Shown: positions 25,237 to 39,793, counted from the first letter of the stretch. The stretch: 64,000 nucleotides of DNA from Rhizophagus irregularis (GCF_026210795.1 NC_089430.1:1488001-1552000), one strand, 5' to 3'. Notes: a model not told the origin generated them from the letters alone. A program made the numbers and translations.

Positions 25237-26338
25237 CTAAAAGAGCACATAACATGATTTAATATATTTTTTTTTTACAAATTTTTATGAATCAAATTTA
25301 TCGTACCAGCTCTATAATATTAAAAAAAAATGATTTAAGTGCATTGAAATTTTTAACAAGTAAAACCAAAGAAATAATTTAAATTAAATTCCAACCTCTT
25401 AAACCAAAAACGATGGAGTTATACAGATGAAGTGTGCCCATATGTGAATATATATGAATAAAAGGTATGTAAATCCTAAAATGACCATTTGTGCAAGAGC
25501 AGCTGACCATTGTATGATAAATTTGTCAGTTTGGCTTGATTGGTTGATATTTTGTCATGTGATTATAATTGAGAACCGAAAGACGTCCTTAATCTGTAAT
25601 TTCACATGCTATCGATGACAAAGAGATGATTTCGATGATGTTATAGTCCTCTATAAATCGTCGATAATTTATCTTGGTTTATAACTTGTTATTTTTAAAT
25701 AAGTATCATTAATAATCATACGGTTTATTAAATAATTGATAGATCACAATTTAAGAACTTTCTATAATATAAGACTTTGATCGCCTTTACCAATCCCAAA
25801 AGTACGGTTAAATCACTCAGTATTTATTAAACAAAATAGAATTTTAATGACAAATTGTTATCTTAAATTTAATATTTAAATAAAATGAAAAAATTGATAA
25901 AAAGCCAAAGATAAATAAAAGAAAGTTTGGAAATAAAAAGCAAAAAGAATAAGAAGATAAAGCAAGAAAAATCAGGAATTAATAAGAAGGAAAAGCAGTT
26001 TCTATATTCACAAGTTCTAATAACCAAAAATTAACAAAATCCATCGCGAAAAAAAAAATCGATTAGTTTATTATAACGATATACAAAACTATTAAGCGAG
26101 AATACTCTACCTTAAACCTATGATACTGACAAATGCGTCATCAAATGTCATCGCCATTATTCCAGCTATAAGAAAATGGTATTGTTAAGAAGAAAAAGTA
26201 AAAGCAACAGGTTCATGCAAAGGATAAACATAAATTTAACGATCGCAAGATATTCGCGTCCATCATTAAACCATCCAAACAAGAAAGCCCATGAAAATGG
26301 AAAATATACCGTACCTATTATGAACATCATTTGCTTTA

Positions 26339-27773
26339 TCAAATTGCCATGTCTAAACCTTCAGAAATAAATGAATTATTAAGTAATCTAGACGTATAAA
26401 TAGCTTGTGGATGAGTATCTGATTGATCATTTTCGTCATATTCATCATATTCATCATTTTCATCGTTTTTATTAGGTGTGGAATTTTCTTCTTCATGCTG
26501 TTCCGGAACTTCTTTTTGCTTTTTTAGTTTTCTGATTTTCTTGATTTGAGATTTAGTTGGAAGATTTGATTTTCTATGCTTTTCTACTTCTTCGAATTGT
26601 TGTTTGATTTCAGGAGATTTACTATATTTAGTTGTATATGACTTATGAAATAATTCAATCAAATCACATGTTTCCTTAACATTTGGCCTATTCTTCGGAT
26701 CTGGATCCCAACATCTTTTCATTAAATCAATATAACATTCTGGTACTTCTAAATCATTTATACTAGGTCTTGTATTGTCCTTACATATATCTAATGCTAG
26801 ATAGTGATCATGAGCACGATTTTGAAAAGGTTGTCTTTTAGTTGCTATAAAATACATAATCATACCGAAGCTATATATATCAGCTGCTTGTGTATAAGGA
26901 TCACCTCTTAACACTTCAGGAGCTATATAAGGCATCACACCACAAACTTCATTATCTATATTACCAACTTTTCCACTTAATCCCATATCCGAAATTCTTA
27001 TATCCAAACTAATATCTTTATTAGTTTTAAATAATAAATTTCCTGTATGAAAATCTCGATGAACCATCTGTTTTTGATGAATTTCTTTAAGACCATTAAT
27101 AATATAAATAAGTTTATTTAATCTACTTGACCAATCAAAACCTTTAGAATGCTTATTTATCCATTTAGAAAGATCTCCACGATCCGCGTACTCGAGAACC
27201 ATAGCATATTCTTTCGTATCTGGTTTTTGAGTTATTCCATATATGCTTAGAACCTTAGTGCCACGTCTAGCCTTTGAATATGCTTTAACCTATTTAATAA
27301 ATTAAAAATAAAAAAAAGTTACGATTATTGAATTTTTTTTTAAAAAAAAAAATTATAATATCTCATACCTCATTTAAAAATTCTTTAGTGATATTATTAC
27401 AATTATCTAAACATTTCAAAGCAACATTTTCGTGGGCCAATCTTATCCATTTACCATCAAAATATTTTGGATCATTCTTTTTACCGTCACAATATAATGG
27501 ACCATCCTTCCATATTGCAGAATATACCGTAGCGAAACCACCTTTTCCTATTTCTTTAAATTTTCTAAACTGATCATAAGGTACCCATTCAAATACTACA
27601 TCATCCTTATTATTAATCTTTGATTGCATTTCTCGTATAAAATCATCAACTTCTTCATTTCCACTGGTCCAGTTTGAAAAATTATTTTTTAAATAACTTT
27701 TAAGACATATTTGACTACACCATTTTTTATCTTCAAAACATTTTTTACATTGTTTCTTATATGTTTTACCCAT
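26339..27773 (-). CDS. TKL-type protein kinase (RD class), 2 exons
   Basis: Exons 27773-27369 and 27289-26339 join in frame. Motifs GKGGFATVY, VALK, HRDFHTGN, DMG and APE. Confidence 0.92.
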
Positions 27774-30289
27774 ATTTATCCAACAAAGTGTGAAAGGTTA
27801 TTATATAATTGAGTATATATATTTTTTTTTTTAAAAAAAAATATATTTTCGAAAGTGAATGAAAATAAAATTGTATATAAAACTAATACAAAAAAAAAAA
27901 ATCATTATATTCTAACGTGTGAAATTTTTAATTTGTGCATATTTTCGACTAATAAAAAAACGCCAAACATTGAACGCCAAAAAAGTTTCCTAACCAAACT
28001 AGTTTTAAACAACTTTTTAAGCTTTTGATTAACAACCATTTTCGTTATTCTGTATTCTAATGTAACGTGAAATTGCATATGATTGCATATCATGCCATTA
28101 AAAGAATGATCGCCAATCAATTCAATTGCAATGAATAAGAAAATTGTTTTGGAACTAAGAGATTATAGAATTAATAGATTTTTGACAGTTAAAAAGGAAA
28201 ATATTGTAGAATATTATGGTATAATGTAGTATAAAAAGCAATAACAATTAATTACAGATAATTTGATAACAAAAGCTTCTATGTTATTTTCAAAAAGGTT
28301 TCAATATTTAATTAATTTGACAACTATCATTAAATATTAATAGAAAATTCTTGTAGTCTGGATTCATTTAAATCTTTGAGAGTTTGGTCCTACAAAAAAG
28401 AAACCCAGTGTGTGTGCTACAAAAATAAAAGGAAAAAAAAATAAAATATAAAATAAAAAAAAACCAATAAAGGAAGTCGGGTGAACTTATAAAAAATTTA
28501 AGAGAAAAAATACTGAAAAAAATATTAAAAAATTTTTGAAGATAAATTCCTTCAAAATGATTTAAAAAAATTATTTTTGGTATTGAAAAAAAAACCGAAA
28601 AAAAATTTATTTTCTGGTATTGAAAAAAAATTGAAAATAAAAAGAATAATTAAAAAAAAAATTATTCTTCGGTACAAAATAACCTGACGGACAAGCTCTC
28701 CATTGACGAGGGCGATGAAGCCCAACGGACAGCTCTAACGGCCAAGGTTGTCAGAATAAATAAAAAAAAATATTATAATACAAAAAAATAGGGTTTAAAA
28801 AAGAAACGAAAAAAAAATAATTTCAACAATTTCGGTTTGAAAAAAATTTACATTCTATGGGATGGGAAAGAAATACTGATTAATATTTTCGTTAGTATTT
28901 ATAAAAGATCCATCATTAACGCAATCAGAACGTACCTCGAGCTAACCATATCACGCGTTTCCATATTACACAATTTAATCATTTATACTGTACCTAATTT
29001 TCAAATAAAATTTAATTGATTAGTTAGCTATATTTATTTTATATTAGCGAATTAAATCATTAAATATTATATTTAATTATTTCACATCACAGATTTATAG
29101 TACGCTTAATTTATTCATATCTGATATGGAATAAATCCATTTTCCAACAAAAATTTTATAATATCTTTTAATGCTTATTTACAGAAGAAAACAAACAATT
29201 CATTATAACATGGAATTATAGTTCCTAATTCTCATAGAGTAACAGAAAACAGATCTTATTTTTTTCTTTTTTGGTAATAATGATGTATTCTAAATCTATT
29301 TCAATTTATTTCATTTATTTAATATGAAGATTCTAAATTTATTAGTTATGGTCATAGGCTCATAGAGAAATTACTTTAGGAATAGTGAATGGTAAAAGAG
29401 CTATTGTCATTACTTTAGATCTGTACATTTCGCAAAATGTATTTTAACGCTAAAGTCATTATACCAATCCATAAAATTAATATCATTACTTTTTGTATGT
29501 AAAAGAATCCATGAGTGTAAATTTAACTTGATGAGTTAACCAAAGATGCAATAAGAGATTGGAAATGACCAAAAAAACTTTAACCGATTAGAAGCTGTTT
29601 AACCAAGGGCTTTAATCAATTGATCGATTAATATTAAAAAAATATTAAAAGATTTTTTTGACTGAAGATTATACCAATTTTTTTACTCTTATATTTAGTT
29701 GCATGAGGCCATATTTAGTCAATTTTATTATTAACCCTTTAATGAAAATATCCGTTTGTTGAAATTTGAGTTTGGAGATTATTTCTGGGTTGCATTATTA
29801 ATTTTAATCGATTAACCGGTCTTCGAGATGCCCTAACTGGTTATTGGTTAACCATCTTAATCAGTTAATTAATCTATTAATGTTAACCGGTTCAAACCTC
29901 TAAAATAAAAGCCAATACTTTCTATTATAAAGAATATTATCGAAAGAATAATTTTTAATTTAGAATCATTCTTATAAACTGTACATACAAAATAATTTAT
30001 TAAGCCACAGAGTGTACTGTATTAAAGATGGCGCAGAAAAGTAAACTTAGTTATCAACAATAATACTTATTAATATTTTAGATAATTTAACGTAATAAAA
30101 TTTATTAATAAAAAAAAAAAATTTTAAATTTACTACAATATCAATCTTCAAACATGAATAATAGATAACTAGAGTAACTTGGTAATTGTTAGTGAGTTAT
30201 AATCATTATACTGTCAGATTGACTCGAAAATTTTGGGTCGGGTCATCAAACGTTTTTATAATTAAATATAAAAAAAATTGATTTTTTTT

Positions 30290-33020
30290 TATTAAAAACG
30301 TCAGACTTGACGTTTTTATGATTAAAAAATTGATTTTTTTTTATTAAAAACGTCAGACTTGACGTTTTTATGATTAAAAAATCATTTTTACGTTAGATTT
30401 GATTAAAATCAAAAAAATTGATTTTTTTGGTTAAAAACGTAAGACTTGGCGTTTTTGTAATTAATAATCAAAAAAAAATGATTTTATTAATTAAAAACGT
30501 CAGACTTGACGTTTTTGTAATTAAAAAAACAAAAACTGAATTTTTTTAGTTAAAAAACGTCAGACTTGACGTTTCTGTGGTTAAAAATTAGAGTTCTGAA
30601 CAGGTTGTCCAAATTCAGGTAACCTGACAGGTTGACCTGAATTTATCAGGTCAGGTTTAGCAATTTCGATTTGGCATCAGTTCAGATTGTAACATCAGTA
30701 AAATCTGAATGACCTGTTGACCTGAAACTAACAATACTATTATTTTATAATAATATATTAAAAAAAAACATTGGGAAAATGATTTTTCTATAAGATTATA
30801 TTAGAAAAAAACATTTCGCAACTTTTTTTTTGATATTTTATTGAAAAATGTTGCGAAAACATTTTTTCTATAAGATTATATTAGAAAAAAATGTTTTGCA
30901 ACTTTTTTTTTGATATTTTATTGAAAAATGTTGCGAAAACATTTTTTCTATAAGATTATATTAGAAAAAAATGTTTTGCAACTTTTTTTTTGATATTTTA
31001 TTGAAAAACGTTGCAAAAACATTTTTTCTATAAGATTATATTAGAAAAAAACGTTTTTAAAATTATTTTTAAATTAAAACTAATACTAAATTAGCTAAAT
31101 TATAATTAAGCAGTATTAAGAAAAATTCGCGAGAATTTCCCTTGATACTGCTTAATTTTTCAAATTAAAACCTAATACTAAATTAGCTAAATTAGAATTA
31201 AGCAGTATTAAGAAAATTCGCGAGTATTTTCCTTGATACTGCTTAATTTTTTAAATTAAATCTAATACTAAATTAGCTAAATTAGAATTAAGCAGTATTA
31301 AGAAAAATTCATGAGAATTTCCCTTAATACTGCCTAACTTTTTAGGTTAAAACCTAATACTAAATTAGCTAAATTATAATTTAAGCAGTATTAAGAAAAA
31401 TTTGCGAGAATTCTCCTTGATACTGCTTAATTTTTTAAATTAAAACCTAATACTAAATTAGCTAATTAGAATTAAGCTATTAGGTTGTAACATAGATTTT
31501 TTTGAATGTCATGATTTTATTGAAATGAACAAGTTCAAAATAAATCATATTTCATATACTTTACATTTTATAGTCCTAACTCCCCTTTAAACAGAACTCT
31601 TGTTTTATTGAAAAATATTGCAAAGACGTTTTTTCTATAGAAAAAAACATTTTGCAATGTTTTTTTTTTGATATTTTATTGAAAAACGTTGCAAAATATT
31701 TTTTCCTAATATAATGATATAGAAAAAAACGTTTTCACAACGTTTTCCAATAAAATATCAAGAAAAATGTTGCGAAATGTTTTTTCCTAATATAATGTTA
31801 TAGAAAAAATGTTTCGCAACATTTTTCTTGATATTTTATTGGAAAACGTTGTGAAAACGTTATTTCTATATCATTATATTAGGAAAAAATGTTTGCAACA
31901 TTTTTCTTGATATTTTATTGCGAAATCGATTTTTCTATAAGATTATATTAGGAAAAAACATTTTGCACCATTTTTCTTGATATTTTATTGAAAAACGTTG
32001 CGAAAACGTTTTTTCTATAACATTATATTAGGAAAAAATGTTTCGCAACTTTTTTTTTGATATTTTATTGAAAAACGTTGCGAAAACGTTTTTTCTATAA
32101 CATTATATTAGGAAAAAATGTTTCGCAACATTTTTTTTTATATTTTATTGAAAAATGTTGCGAAAACATTTTTTATATAACATTATATCAGAAAAAAACA
32201 TTGCGCAACGTTTTTTTTCAATAATTTAATAAAAATCATTTGGGTTAACCTGAAATTTTTTAGGTTTCAGGTCAGGTCAGGTCAAACAGATAATCTGATA
32301 TAACCTGACTTGACCTGACCTGACCCATTCAGAACTCTATTAAAAATCAAAAATGATTTTTTAATTAAAAAATGTCAGACTTGACGTTTTTGTAATTAAA
32401 AATAAAAAAAAATGATTTTTTTAATTAAAAAAACGTCAGACTTGACGTTTTTGTAATTAAAAATAAAAAAAAATGATTTTTTTAATTAAAAAAACGTCAG
32501 ACTTGACGTTTTTGTAATTAAAAATAAAAAAAAAATGATTTTTTTAATTAAAAAAACGTCAGACTTGACGTTTTTGTAATTAAAAAATCAAAAAAAAATG
32601 ATTTTTTTTAATTAAAAAAATGTCAGACTTGACGTTTTTGTAATTAAAAAATCAAAAAAAAATGATTTTTTTTAATTAAAAAAACGTCAGACTTGACGTT
32701 TTGTAATTAAAAAATCAAAAAAAAATGATTTTTTTTAATTAAAAAAATGTCAGACTTGACGTTTTTGTAATTAAAAAATCAAAAAAAAATGATTTTTTTA
32801 AATTAAAAAAACGTCAGACTTGACGTTTTTGTAATTAAAAAATCAAAAAAAAATGATTTTTTTAAATTAAAAAAACGTCAGACTTGACGTTTTTGTAATT
32901 AAAAAATCAAAAAAAAATGATTTTTTTAAATTAAAAAAACGTCAGACTTGACGTTTTTGTAATTAAAAAATCAAAAAATATTGGTTTTTTTTAATTAAAA
33001 ACATCAGTATTGACATTTTT
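30290..33020. repeat. Minisatellite of ~45-60-bp units with a palindromic core, split by a hAT-type insertion
   Basis: AAAAACGTCAGACTTGACGTTTTT core, about 5 copies at 30290-30575 and about 12 at 32370-33020. Confidence 0.9.
30589..32339. mobile_element. Non-autonomous hAT-type element carrying internal tandem arrays
   Basis: 12-bp TIR TAGAGTTCTGAA...TTCAGAACTCTA. 8-bp TSD TTAAAAAT at 30581-30588 and 32340-32347. Subterminal ACCTGA motifs. Internal ~80-bp arrays (~30780-31060, ~31600-32220) and a ~91-bp array (~31070-31480). Confidence 0.9.
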
Positions 33021-33839
33021 TGTTAAAAAAATAAATATGAAGAAAAAATGTTTTTGTGTTATTTTTTATTATAATTTTATATGGAAAAATGCCAAAATGT
33101 TTTTTTCTTAATAGTAATGCAAAAAAAAAAAGTTTTTGGCGTTTTTTTTTAATAATATTATATGAAAAAATGCTGAAACGTTTTTTCTACAATTTTTTTT
33201 ATTTTTTTGCAATATTTTATGAAATTTTAATGATCAACAAAAAAATGAAATTATGCAAATATTGAATGATGCAACAATTTAACAGGGACTTTTAGTGGCA
33301 CAGGAAGAGTTTTTGCGAAAAGTTGGCATTAGAAGTTTTTTTCATTGTCATTGACATTTACATAAAGTTATATAAGATTAATCTGAGAGTTTTTTACCAA
33401 AAAGGAAATTTTTTTATAAAAAGGGAAATGATTTTCAATTTCAAGGCAATTCAGCAGGTGTTTTAATAACAAATTGAGAAATGATTTCCATAGAAAATCT
33501 CGTGACAAAATTTATAATAAATTTAAAATAAATGATCAACAAATGATCAACAAAATCGTTACTAGTTTTATAAAAAACGCCCAATAATATCTTTTTATTG
33601 TTTTAATATGAGCTTTACTATATATTTCCATCAAAATGTTCCAAAATAATATTAAAAAATATCCTCAAATTCAAAAATAAAATTATATCTGAATAATCTG
33701 ATGTTATTTTTTATATACTAAATAATTTCAATAAAAGTAAATGGGGTTTAATTCCATTCATCTATAACAAATTAAAAAAAAAAATAGTTTAATTAAAATT
33801 TAAAAATAGATCAAAAAATCACATGTAAAAGAAATTACC

Positions 33840-35382
33840 TTTAAAATTAATATCAAGTTTATTTAAATCCATTTTTAAAGAAATCTTGTAAAATAAAAGA
33901 ACAATTATTAATCTAAATAGATTTAAATAATTATTTTTTAATTAAAATTACCTGAATATTCTAAATCATCATTTTCTGCATTTTTGGGTTCTGGAAGATT
34001 TTTAAAATCCAAAAGTTTACTTGTATAAACTGCTTGAGGATGTGTTGTATATAAGAGATTACTAGTAGATGATAATGATGATTGAATCATTGAAGATGAT
34101 AACTTTTTATTAATCTAATCCGTTTCTTTAACTTGCCCATAAAATACAGAATATTCGAACTTAATTTCAAAATGTAATCTATCTACTAACACATATAATT
34201 CATCTGCATTAGGTCGTTTTAAAGGGTCTGCATCCCAACATTGATTAATAATGGCAAAAATTGATTGAGGAATTTTATAATTAGACTTTGGCCTCAACCC
34301 CTTGCAAATTTTCATTGCTAATAATTCATCATGAGCTATATCATAATAAGGTGGGAAACCCGTACAAATTTCATATGCAATAATTCCATATCCATAAATA
34401 TCACTTGCTTGTGTGTATTCTTTTCCTCTTAAAACTTCTGGTGCTACATAAGGTAATACTCCATATATTTTTTTATTACTATTTTGGTAGGATTTGACAT
34501 TTACTGGTTGACATAATCCCAAATCAGTAATATAAACACTTAAACTATCGTTTAATATATTCCCACAATGAAAATCATGATGAATTAATCCTTTATCATG
34601 AATATCTTTAAGACCCATTGCAATTTTATATAAAATATTCAATTTATGCTCCCAATTCATTGAAATAAAGTTATTATTTAAATGTTGTCTTAAACTACTA
34701 TCTTTTAATTCCATCACCATCATGAAATTATTTGTTTTTGGATATTTGGTATACCAAAACAACGAACTGTATAACCAGACCAATATACTAAAATATTTGA
34801 TTCAACCTTAAAATAAAATTATAATTAGTTTAATATTTATATACTAAGGCTAATGAAGATTCATAAAAAAAAAAAATATCTTACTTCTTTTAAAAAATCT
34901 GTTGTAATTCCTTGTGAATTATATAAACATTTTAAAGCAACTTTTGTTTCACCTTCTCTTTCCCATTGATTATTATTACAATTACATATAGGACCATCTT
35001 TCCAAACTGCTTTAAAAGTAATACCAAATCCTCCTTTTGCTAAATATTCAACATTTTCAAATTTATCATATTCAATCCACTCTACGATTAGTTCCATAAT
35101 ATCAGCTTTTAATTGTGCTTTTTTAATAAATTCATCAATTTCATGATTTCCACTTGTCCAATTTTTGAAATTTTGTTGAAACATACAATAACTACACTGA
35201 TAAAAAATTCTCTTAGGTTGCTTACAATTTCTACATAAACCATTTTCTGCATAATTTTCTTTTAATTCTTCGTCTGTTATTAGTTTATTAACTAATGATC
35301 TTTGTTCTTCAGTCAAACGAAAAGGATTAAAATCTTTTATTTGTTCAAATACATCATCACTTATTAGTTTAACTTCATCCAT
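33840..35382 (-). pseudogene. TKL-type kinase pseudogene
   Basis: Exon 35382-34885, then an exon from 34806. A 1-bp deletion near 34750 breaks CFGITKYP. In-frame TAG at 34115-34117 precedes the conserved THPQAVYTSKLLDF tail. Catalytic loop reads HHDFHCGN. Confidence 0.8.
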
Positions 35383-36328
35383 TTTAATAAATAATTTATT
35401 AAACAAAAATAAGTTATTAATTCGTATGTAAAAAACTACCAAAAAAAAAAATAACAATAAATAAAAAAAATAATGGTGATGTAGTAATTATGTTGCAATG
35501 ATTCAAGATCGACAAAATTATCAAAAAAGACTAGTTAAAATACATAAAGCAAATTGGCACAATTGAGGCTTGGTAACGTGAGTTTTAAGTTATACTGTAC
35601 TTAAACTTTTACGAAATGTTGATATTAACTAGCCAAATTTGGGAAAGAAATCATTAATTCTATGGAATTAATATTGTATTAACAAATTTGAAAATAACTT
35701 ATAAAGAATTGTGAATACAAAAAGTAATAAAAAACTTCATAATATATTAAAACAAATTATTTTAATGACGAAGTATAACGAAGGACTATATACTAATACA
35801 AAAATGTCAACTACCCCAAGAGCACCGTAACCAAAGTTACAGTCACGTGATATTTTGATCGTCAAATGTCCAATCAAAAAACATCTTCCCTATTCATTAA
35901 TAACTTGCCGATAAAAATTTGTATTAAGAATATTAAATTTCGTGTTTTTTATAATACAACGACTTTAAAAATAATTAATAATAAAATACACCAAATTTTA
36001 AAGCAATTTATAAGACTACACATATTTTTATTGATGTATATTAGATACTATTATTACTAGATAGGCTTTACATATTAATAAAGAAGCTATTCTAAGAACA
36101 TTGTATTCTTGTTATGATTCTTCCAAGTAGGGATAGATCGGTTCAAAATGGGTTGACTTGAGTCGATTCTGGAATAGGGATTGGAATCGATTCTACCAAA
36201 ATCGAATTAATCAAAAATTGAATCGTCTGAATAGAATCGATTAATCAAATCTAAAAATCAAATCTCAATAAATCAATTATTTTGATATTATGGTGCAGCA
36301 AAAATAATGAGTATATAGTAAATTAGTA

Positions 36329-37010
36329 CTGTACGGTAATACAAATTAGTACGGACGTTCAAAAAAAAAAAAATTTTAATTTTCCGTACTCAGACGGACC
36401 TTTAAAAATAAATTTTGATTTTTTCGTACTAATATTTTACATTGTAGCATCATGTGATCAAATTTTTGAGATGAATATGTTGCACAACATATTTGAGTAA
36501 TATAATCTGTCATCGTAAATATCTCTTTTAATTTTTTACTTCTTTGAAGAAGAAAAATAATTGGAAATATGGATATTTATAATATATCCGATGTTAAAGA
36601 TTATCCATTTGAGCTATTAAATCCTGAATTTGAACAAATAAAATATGATAATGAATTGAAAAAATTAATAAATAAACCAATAAAATTTAGTTATTATTTT
36701 AATGGTCAGTTTTATTATTGTGGAGCTGAATATGTTAAAGGAATGAAAATTTATTAGCTTATCTTCAAAGAATTTTTTTAATTTTATAATTTAACATTTA
36801 ATTTTATAATTAGTAAGATATTTTGTTGAAAACAATATTCGAAGTTGCACAAAAATACAAGAATGCAAAGTCATACGATTGTACGAAAACTCAAATTAAT
36901 ACGAAAATTTTAAAACTTTCGTACGTACTAGTATTAAAAAATTGATTAGCTGTAAATGTACGTACGAACAAAAAAAACACAAGTACGTACTAATTTGCGT
37001 TAGCGTACTG
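36329..37010. mobile_element. Degenerate Tc1/mariner-like MITE
   Basis: CTGTACGGTAATACAAATTAGTACG versus the inverted end CAGTACGCTAACGCAAATTAGTACG. TA present on the left only. Many CGTAC motifs. Confidence 0.6.
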
Positions 37011-37645
37011 TCCTATTTTACTCAATACCTAAAATAATCTTGCCATTTCTATAACCGTACTTTGATAAAAAAAATCTCATCAAATTACTAAAAACGTTGA
37101 TAAAATTAAAGATTCTGCACTTGAACATTCTGGCCGAAACTATAATGCTGACCAGAATTATGAATTAATGCGACCAATAAAAATTTTTATTTAAAACAAT
37201 ATATTATTTAATTAGAATAGAATTGGAATATTACAATTTATTATAATAATAATTTATAATATTGTCGTACTGTTGGCCTAAAACTGAATTTAATTTTAAT
37301 TTAAATCCAACTTAATACAGAATTTCATGACGATCTACATCTGAACCAGGTTCGGATGATATTACAAATAGTAAAAAATCACATTGCAATATTATATTAA
37401 TTCGATTAGATTTGATTAATCAAAATCGAAAATCGAATCCCTGAATCGAAACTTTGATACGATTAATCAAATTTTTAATCGATTCTTGAGATTAAATTTA
37501 AAAGATTCTGGATCTCTTAGGCTTAAAACTACTTTTAACCGTAAAAACTGTTCTGTAATATCTAGCTCACAGATCGCATGTTTAAGCTTTTCCAAGCTTT
37601 TCTTAAAGTGTTACAGGATAGTTTATAATTGAATCATTTTGAAAA

Positions 37646-38486
37646 GATATGGGGAATGAACTCTTTCCTATAATTTTCTTACAAAATTTTTTTCACGGCT
37701 GTTCGATATTTCAAGACAGCTCTTTCAATGAATAACACTTTTCTTCAACACATTAACTCACAAACACATTTTATTAACTTTTAACATATACTTTAGCTAG
37801 AAATAAATAGTATACAATTTCAGGAGCAAAATTTTTTTACGACTAGCTTGTTTAGTTCTCTTATCCTTTTCGTAATATTATTTTTTCTTCCTATTAATAT
37901 GAGCTCAGTTGATGACACAACCAACAAACTTCATACCAATAACCGAAAACCCGTCCCTTAAAATGACTTACTGCGCCTTTATAAACTGAAAAGCTGTTCA
38001 CAGCAGGACACAAGACAGGTGACACTCGACACTCGAGGGGTATTCACATTGTACAAGATTGCCAGATATTACCTTTTACGAATTAAACCTGAAATACTTG
38101 ATTCGTATGACATGATTACAAACAATGATCGACACTGAAAAGTCTGCTCCAAGAATCCCAATATTAGATACGTGATTAGTAATTATCTAACTTACGTATT
38201 TTCATTAGGTGGCATTTTTTCAAAAATGAAAGATCAATACAGGAGGAATGGTAATTATCGTGAAATTATTTGTACAGGATTTTTGCTTCTCTTTGTTAAT
38301 ATCTCTGATAGAACTGGCCATGCCTAAATAGTTTGAGGTTTGTTTTTTAGGCAGGGTGGTCTCACGCGTGGGATTAGGTTTTAACTTTTAGAATGTTTAG
38401 TTTTATTACTTTATTTTAGAGTGATTTCTACATGGTGTTGTACCTCCGTTCTGTCGTCATATTAAAAGTAAAAATAAAAATTAAAA
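37646..38486 (+). mobile_element. Short non-autonomous retroposon (probably LINE-derived) with A-rich tail
   Basis: 15-bp direct repeat GAATCATTTTGAAAA at 37631-37645 and 38487-38501. The 3' end reads ATTAAAAGTAAAAATAAAAATTAAAA. Confidence 0.7.
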
Positions 38487-39793
38487 GAATCATTTTGAAA
38501 AACACAAAAAATGCTGCATGTAATTATGAAATTTTTCTGAAGAAAATTTATTTAAAGGTCCAAGGACCCAGACCTTCATCTTAAACATATTTATATTTTA
38601 TTGGTTATTATTTTAATTTTTATTTTATTTATTTTTATTTATTCAGATTACTTTGAGTGATTGGTGATAATTAATATCAGATTATGAACAAATTTAATTT
38701 TAAATTCTTTATGAAATTACATTATATAATTTTAAAAATTATGGTAAAAGTTTATTTTCACTCCTTCCCTATGAAAAGTCTTTATACTTAAAATATGCTT
38801 AAAATAAGTATCGATTTTAATTTGCGATAGTGTTTGCGTTGTGCAAAAGAAATGCAAATATTCTGTATGATCGTCACAGCCATCACTTTAGGTGTAACTG
38901 ATGTTGGCTTTAACAAAAAAAAAAGTGATATTAAAATTATTCTAAGATACTGTGTTACGTCGTATTAAGAAAATTTCTTTGTTTTAAGGTTTTGCTGTGT
39001 AACAATGATAGATATATATGCAAAATTTTTTATGATCCTGGGTAGTTACCGGATGCATCCAGGGTAGTCCCAGGATGATCATTGATGTTATATATGAAGT
39101 TAATTTTGAAGGTTGCTTTGAAATTTTTTTTTCTTTCTTATTTTTTTCTTTCTTATTTTTTTCATTTTTATTGTAGATCCAGGAAGCTGAAAGACAAGAT
39201 CCAGTCTCCAATTCTGAAGGTATAACCTTCAAAAAAAAATCTATTTATTTAATGAACATTAATTAACATTTGTTCTTATTTTTGTTGGTCCAGAACACTG
39301 AAAGTATGCAGTATGCTAATTTTGAAAAAATTCAATTTTATCTTTTTAAAAAAATTATCTTTTCAAAAAAATTAAAAAATTCGATTTTTATTTTATTCTG
39401 AAAAAAATTAATTCGTTTTTTATTAAAATTTATTAGTTAAATATTTTACAATATTCTTAGTTTGTAATTTAAATAATTCCTTTTTTTTATATTTTATTCA
39501 TATATGTATTCTCTTTTTTTTAGAACTAAGGCTAGAGTAGTACTAAATATTTTCACAAATGTCAATCTTTTTTTATTAACTTTTCCAATTATTAAATATA
39601 AATTATCAAAATAATTCCAATGTATAAAATTAAAAAAATTTTTTATATTCATTTCAATGGCTAATTGTATTTTATTTATATTGTTAAGTGTTAACTTTTA
39701 TTCTTAATATTATTTAAAATCTGTAAAAATATTCTTTAACTATTTAAGAAATTATATTATTAAGATGACATTATACATGATTATATATAATTA

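Noticed and set aside
30290..33020. CRISPR-like appearance of palindromic repeats
   Set aside because: The intervening sequences are near-identical A/T tracts rather than unique spacers; no cas genes; eukaryotic context.
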